Source of the DNA: Octopus vulgaris
Lineage: Eukaryota
Reading direction: 5' to 3'
NCBI GenBank assembly: GCA_951406725.2
Contig: OX597821.1
Coordinates: 117,614,001-117,678,000, forward strand
DNA: 64,000 nucleotides
This document shows positions 57,410 to 64,000 of the stretch, piece after piece. The notes under the pieces are model-generated. The model had not been told where the DNA came from, made no database searches, and saw only the letters and a list, made by a program, of their open reading frames with translations. How positions within the stretch are numbered: position 1 is the stretch's first letter; every line of letters begins with the position of its first letter. The translations under genes and the position numbers were made by a program.

Positions 57410-57865
57410 TGGGTCTTCTCAATCCCAGCATATCTCCAGAGGTCTCGTGAGGTCCAATGTGACCCCTGGGAGGTCCAATGTCACATCATCCCATGTCTTC
57501 GTGGGTCTCCCTGTATCACAGTTTCCTTTCACTGTTAGGGAGTGACACTTCTTCACACAGCTCCCCTTGTCCATATGTAGCACATGACCATAACCAGTGC
57601 AGTCGTGTCTCTTGCACACTACATCTGATGCTTTGTATGTCCAACATTTCTCTCAGGGCGCTTACACTGTTGTATGTGCATACTGACATTACACATCCAG
57701 CAGATCATACCAGCATCATTTCTTTTGAACCATGGATGTCTTCAGCAGTCATGGCCCATGTTTCACTGTCATGTAGCATGGCAGTTCACACACATGCATC
57801 GTACAATCTACCTTTCACTCTGAGCGAGAGGCCCTTTGTCACCAGCAGAGATAGGAGATTTCTGA
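57410..57865 (-). mobile_element. RTE-clade LINE 3' fragment
   Basis: YGHVLHMDKGSCVKKC...GRPTKTW; homologous piece at 10800-11090. Confidence 0.7.
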
Positions 57866-58090
57866 ACATATATATATATATATATATATATGGGTCCAAC
57901 CCATGCTAGCATGGAAAACAGACGCTAAACGATGATGATGATGATGATGATATATGTATATATATGTTCCACATACATATACATGTATACACACACACAG
58001 AGACATATATCATCATCATCATCAACATTGTTTAACGTCCATTTTCCATGCTGGCATGAGATGGTGTGCTTCCTCAGGTGTATATATATC

Positions 58091-58125
<35 letters not shown>

Positions 58126-58133
<8 letters not shown>

Positions 58134-58443
58134 AATTATTAGAGAGTTACAACTATGTGGATAGCTCTAGTGCTAAAAATAGCTATTTTTGGTCTAATAG
58201 ATTGTATTTAAGACAAACCTCTGCTGATGATTTATAGATGTTTATGTAAGTAAAATTACATATTACATTAGTAATGAAACAATTGTTCAGGGTCAATCTA
58301 TTTATTCGTTATGTTTCACTTTCCTTCCGTTAAATGTAATGTTATTTCTAGTTGGAAACATCATTTCTGTGGCTATACTATCGGAGCTATTTTTCGCACT
58401 AGAGCTATCCACATAGTGGTAACTCTCTAATAATTTATGTATA
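58126..58443. mobile_element. Foldback element with 59-bp inverted repeats, inserted in (TA)n
   Basis: 58126-58184 and 58385-58443 are reverse complements with 2 mismatches; 200-bp spacer. Confidence 0.75.
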
Positions 58444-58578
58444 AATTTGTATTTTCTCCCTAGTTTTTTGTGCTAAGCCACTCGGTGTTAAATTAATGGT
58501 ATTATTAAATTAATAATATACATATATATATATATATGCATATATATGTATATATATACATATATATATATATATATG

Positions 58579-58614
<36 letters not shown>

Positions 58615-58665
58615 TGTATACCTGTATATATATGTATATATATGTATATATATATGTATATATAT

Positions 58666-58704
<39 letters not shown>

Positions 58705-58760
58705 CATAGGATAGGATCACTTTACCAATAAACATAGAGAGTAAAAAAATGATGTCTTAC

Positions 58761-58880
58761 CTACACAAGTTTCATTACTATTAAAATCTTGACCTACTGG
58801 ACATAAGCACTGGGCCCCAAATGGCGTTTGCAAACATCTGAAGGCACAACCGCCTTTGTTAATTGCACAGCTGTTTGAAT
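58761..58880 (-). CDS. LRP2: LRP2-like exon: EGF-like repeat
   Basis: SNSCAINKGGCAFRCLQTPFGAQCLCPVGQDFNSNETCV; 120 nt, phase 1-1. Confidence 0.92.
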
Positions 58881-59079
58881 CTTTCAGAAATAGAAAAGAT
58901 AAATATATGAACAAGGACAACAACAACAACAATAATAGTAATAATAATAAAAACTATACACATGTCTTAGGTCTCCAGTTGAGACTTGGACAGAAGATGA
59001 AATAAAATGCATATCAATCACAAAATAATAATAATAATAATAATAATAATAATTATAATAATAATAATAATAATAATAA

Positions 59080-59620
59080 ATGCCCTGATGCAGTACCAGA
59101 CAGTGGCTCTCATAGCTTCTGATCTTAACTGATTGGAAGTGTTATCATGTACATTGTTTTGTCTTGGTATAAAAGATGGGCTACAGCAAATATTCTGCTC
59201 AATACCATAGATTTGCTTGTCAGTTGCTTGACCTTAACCAGTTGACCATGTCCCTTAGTGGCTGACGATATGTGCATCTCTGATCACGAGCAGAAGTAGT
59301 GGGGGAGCATCATAGCCATGTGTTGAGAGGGATTCTTTGGGGTTTGAATAATTCACCTCTGGAAATATGGGTATTTCGTTGAACATCCTTAAACAACCCT
59401 TATTTGGGGACCTTTTGAGCAGGATGGGCCACTCAACCTGAAGAAAATTCTAACTGGACCCCACCTGCAAGGTCATGTGCTGTTTATCTTGATATGAGAT
59501 CACCTTGTCATGCACATATGGTTGTGATGCATGTACCCGGTGTACCCTTATCAGACGGGTAGTCAAGATGGGTATACTGGGTTTTGTATATTTTACTCCA
59601 GTGTCACTTTGATGGCATGT
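59080..59620 (+). mobile_element. Dispersed non-coding repeat inserted in (AAT)n
   Basis: Homologous copies at 1022-1565 (+) and 26040-27092 (-), each next to (TAA)n; probably a non-autonomous R4/Dong partner (inference). Confidence 0.7.
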
Positions 59621-60176
59621 GAAAAAATAATGGTGATAGTAATAATTTGACTTTTATGAGCTACAAGAGCTCCTACATACATACAATAAATTTAAAACAT
59701 GGAAGCTGCAAAACATATGAGGGATGATCACAACAAAGTTATATAAAACAAGGATGGAGTAAGGAAATTAGGCAACGAACATATTGAAAATTGATAATAA
59801 TACAGAATAAATGTTAAATTATATAAAATATACATATATGAAAAATATCTGCAAATGCTGAATAGATCCAAAAATATGTTGGTTTAATATTTTTATTACT
59901 ACAGTAAGTAATATAAGAAATTTTCCATTTGATTTAATATGTTATCATTAGCTTTTAGGTACCACATATAACTTGATCAAGAAGTATCTGTTTCTTTATA
60001 CTCTTCAACAGATATTGATTTCTTTTCCATCCGTTTGTGCATCCTAAGGTATATATAAATAGATATGTGTTTGTGTGTTTTTGTAAGTATGTATATGTAT
60101 GTGAATGTGAGCGCATATATGTGTACAAATGAAATATTTATGTATATAGAGGTAGGTATTCAAACAGAAGACTTAC

Positions 60177-60308
60177 TACAGGTAGCACTTTCATCAGTGC
60201 CTCCTGGACAATCAGTTTTGCCATCACAGACCTTTGATAGACTTATACAAATTTGGTGTCCGCCAGGACACTCCCACTGTCCGTAGGGACATCTGAATTT
60301 TGGACTGG
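60177..60308 (-). CDS. LRP2: LRP2-like exon: last LDLa repeat of the cluster
   Basis: PKFRCPYGQWECPGGHQICISLSKVCDGKTDCPGGTDESATC; AG/GTAAG borders; 132 nt, phase 1-1; resembles the end of vertebrate megalin cluster II as I recall it. Confidence 0.93.
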
Positions 60309-62289
60309 CTAAAATAGAATAAACAAAAATAATAAACATGCCATTTTCAACAACAACAACAACAGCGACATGCGATTTTAAATTACTTATCAAGTATTAA
60401 AGAGAGACTTAATTTAAAAAACAGTGGAAGGGCATCCAGCTGTAGAAACTGTGCCAAAGTTGACATAGAAGCTTGACACAGCTCTGCAGCTTTTGTCAGA
60501 TCCTGTCACGCCATTTGACCCCTGCCAGCATGGAAAATGGGCATTACATGATGGTGAGGAGGAGGAGGAGCAGGATTATGATGATGATAACGATGATGTT
60601 GGTAAGATTTTTAATTGTATTTTTGGATAATTTGTGGTGTGCTAATGAGAATATATATTTTTCCAGTTCTAAAACATTCGGGACCAAAATCCTCCAAGCA
60701 AATGTCTTGAATGAAGGTTCAGTAGGATGCAGTGTTCTTAGTTTGATGTTTCACTGTATTGTCTTGTGTGGGGATTCTGACTTATCTAGGAACTGCAGAT
60801 CCAATTGGGGACATTACAGTACTGACCTCCATCATTTGGAAGTTGGACCCTGCTTTATCCTGGGCTCTTTTCCCCTTCAAGATGTGGATCCGGGTTGCCT
60901 CAAAGCTGCAGATGGTTCAGTAACAAGAACTCCTCCACTGGGCTCTGCTCAGTGCCTCTCATTCCTGTGTCTATGGGTATATCTTGCAGGCTTTTGAGCA
61001 GGTCTTTGGAGAAGTGGGTGGCCTTGGTGCCTGAGACCAGAGCTAAGTTGAGCATAGAAGAGAGATTTAGGTGAGTGAATGCCTTCCATGTACACCCCAA
61101 TAGGGAAGCTCTCTATGCCTGGAATATCTTAGAGTCTCTTAGAGCAAAGAATACAATATGCTGTAGTATTAATTTTAGTTGTCACTGTGTCTGAGTTCAA
61201 ATGCAGCTTAGATCAACTTCACCTTTCATCTGTTTGATCCTGATAAATAAACTGTCATGCAAGGGCTAGGGATCAGCTGGGTGTTAGACCCTCAAAGGTG
61301 ATGCCTCACTGTATTTATTTCAGCCTTGCATGCTCTGAATTCAAATCCTGCCTTCTCTCACTGGGAAAAAACTGAGATAGTCATGAGAAGTTCTTTAAGA
61401 AGTGCTAAAGTATTCCAGCTGATCCCTCTCATTGTTAGCACATCAACTAGTGAGGAAGTGAACAAGGGCACATTTGAATCCTGTGAACTCAACCACAGTT
61501 CTTTCCAGGTAGTCTTTAATATTCATTGCAATCAATATCATCATCATTGTCATTCTATGCTGGTCTGGGTTGGCTGGTTTCACAAGAACTGGCAAGCTAG
61601 AGGACTGTGTAGAACCCCCATGTCTGTTTTGGCATGGTTTCTAAGGCTGGATGCCATTCCTAATGCCATCCACCTCAGAGGGTTACTGGGTGATTTTTAC
61701 ATGATACAAGCACTAGTAAGGTCACCAAATGCTCGCAAGACAAAACTGCTTATCTGAGTGAGTGAGTGGTATTGAAGGAAGTGGCTTTATACCAGAAGAT
61801 GAGAGATTAAAGTATGATAGAGGGATAGGAACAGGTATGTTGCTGTAGGGAGAGAGACGTGGTTATTCCAGAGAGAAAGGGAGAGGATGGTGAAGGTATG
61901 TCAGGGCATACATGTTACATGTTAGAATCAGTCTGCTAATTCTAACGAATGCAAGGAACTGGCAGACTCGTTAACAGGATGGGCAAAATGCTGAGAGTCA
62001 TTTCATCCATCTTTCCATCATGTTCTGAGTTCAAATTCTGCTGAGAGTGACTGGACCTTTCATTCTGTCAGGGTCTATAAATTAAGTACCAGTTAAGTAC
62101 TGGCATTGATGTAATTGACTTACCTCCCTTGAGATTGTTGGTCTTGGGCTAAAATGGGGAACCAATATGCGAGCACTCACTTAATCATAACATCATTGTT
62201 AAATTTATAAAAAGAGAAAACAAAGCAAAAAAGTAACAAAGATAAAATAAAAAGCAAAACAAATGAAGTGAAGGATTAATAGATCTTAC

Positions 62290-62415
62290 GACAATTTTGT
62301 GCGGTGCCTTCATCGGAATTATCTCCACAGTCATTCATGTGATCACAGACCCAACTTTTAGGAATACATAAACCAGTATTGCATCGGAACCGGTGAGCTG
62401 GACATGGTTTTGTGA
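62290..62415 (-). CDS. LRP2: LRP2/megalin-like exon: LDL-receptor class A repeat
   Basis: Hand translation [41 protein letters not shown]; tag acceptor and gtaag donor; 126 nt, phase 1-1. Not in the ORF track. Confidence 0.93.
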
Positions 62416-62502
62416 CTAGAAATGAAAAGAAGAAAAAAACAAAACAATATAACTCAATTTACTCAATTCATAAAAATTTAATTAAAATTTCACACACAGA
62501 CA

Positions 62503-62684
62503 TAGGCATAGGAGTGGCTGTGTGGTAAGTAGCTTGCTTACCAACCACATGGTTCTGGGTTCAGTCCAACTGCATGGCACCTTGGGCAAGTGTCTTCTAC
62601 TATAGCCTCGGGTTGACCAAAGCCTTATGAGTGGATTTGGTAGGCGGAAACTGAAAGAAGCCCATTGTATATATATGTGTGTAT

Positions 62685-62729
<45 letters not shown>

Positions 62730-62980
62730 ATATATATGTATGTATGTATGTGTGTGTATATGTTTGTGTATCTGTGTTTGTCCCCCCCAACATTGCTTGA
62801 CAACCGATGCTGGTGTATTTACGTCCCCGTAACTTAGTGGTTCGGCAAAAGAGACCGATAGAATAAGTACTAGGCTTACAAAGAATAAATCCTGGGCTCG
62901 ATTTGCTCGATTAAAGGCGGTGCTCCAGCATGGTCACAGTCAAATGACTGAAACAAATAAAAGATTAAAAAAGTAAAAGA
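62503..62980 (+). mobile_element. tRNA-derived SINE with internal (TA)/(TG) tract and CR1-like 3' tail
   Basis: Many copies in the window (47116-47860, 48780-49200 minus, 8500-9410, 18175-18410, 22420-22630); tail GCTCCAGCATGG(C/T)CACAGTCAAATGACTGAAAC. Confidence 0.85.
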
Positions 62981-63249
62981 CGTACATTGATAGTCATCAC
63001 TGACAAATGAGCAACAGGCTTGCAATATGCACCTCGTTTCTTCCTATTGTTTTAGGGGTTTGGGCAGTCATGAGTTGACAGAGACACTATAAAAATAACA
63101 GGTTCTCAACCAGTGTCCATTTGACCCTTGGGGTCCCAATAAGATTTTGTTGTCAAAGTTTATGTGCAATAAACTCAGTTATACTTCTACAATACACAAA
63201 TTATTTTGAACAAGTTTTTAATACAATTCCTAAAAATCAAAATCAAAGT

Positions 63250-63631
63250 GAAATTCAATGACGGGCATGAGCACCATCCGAGCATGATCGTTGCCAGAGC
63301 GGCTAACTGGCTTCCGTGCCGGTGGCATGTAAGAGACACCATTCGAGTGTGATCATTACCAACATCGCCTTACTAGCACCTGTGCCGTTGGCATGTGTAA
63401 AAAGATTTGAGTGAGGTCGTTGTCAGTACCGCCTGACTGGCCCCCATGCCGGTGGCACGTAAAAGCAGCCACTACACTCTCGGAGTGGTTGGCGTTAGGA
63501 AGGGCATCCAGCTGTAGAAACTCTGCCAGATCAAGATTGGAGCCTGGTGCAGCCATCTGGTTCGCCAGTCCTCAGTCAAACCGTCCAACCCATGCTAGCA
63601 TGGAGAGCGGACGTTAAACGATGAGGATGAA
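63250..63631 (+). mobile_element. Non-autonomous RTE-related element/SINE with (GAT)n tail
   Basis: GGCGTTAGGAAGGGCATCCAGCTGTAGAAAC core; many copies (5412-5930, 10250-10435, 15650-15995, 27600-27770, 30085-30392, 39620-39995). Confidence 0.75.
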
Positions 63632-64000
63632 GATTAAGTTGTAAAATTACAGTTGAAGTTTTTAAACATTGAATATACATACATATAGACAAACATGCAT
63701 ACATACATGCATTCATACATGGTAAAAGAAACCCAGCACACTCGGTTGGTATTAGGTAGGGTATCCAGCCATAGGAACCATGCCACAACAGATAGCTGGA
63801 GTCTGGATAGCTCCCTGCTTGTTAGCTCCATATCAAACTGTCCTGTTCAAGTGGGCATGGAGAGTGAACGTTAGATGATATGGATGAATTGCTTTGAGGG
63901 TCCATCCAAGCAAAATAAGAATCAGAGGGTCCATAAGTAACAAAAAAGGTTTGTGAAACATTGCCTTATATCCTCTCACTTTTGACTTAGTTGAACATTC

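Overview
Eukaryotic, AT-rich, microsatellite-dense DNA. The SINE/LINE content looks octopus-like, which is my inference from remembered repeat families, not a search result. The whole window lies inside one minus-strand gene, an LRP2/megalin-like LDL-receptor-family gene. I traced 23 GT-AG exons by hand (62415 down to 2253; 3730 nt, about 1240 aa) whose phases join in one reading frame: 2 LDLa, 2 EGF, then YWTD propeller-EGF three times and the start of a fourth propeller. The introns contain CR1-group LINEs sitting in (TA)n, RTE and R4/Dong remnants, several SINE families, hAT and Tc1/mariner MITEs, minisatellites and Penelope-like element (PLE) remnants. The most striking signal is a set of type I hammerhead ribozyme motifs. 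It includes an ~890-bp spacerless palindrome (44770-45659) carrying a hammerhead on each arm, a hammerhead in the same orientation as the host pre-mRNA downstream of a PLE GIY-YIG remnant, and a tRNA-headed SINE ending in a decayed hammerhead. Coordinates were read by hand, and repeat boundaries are approximate.
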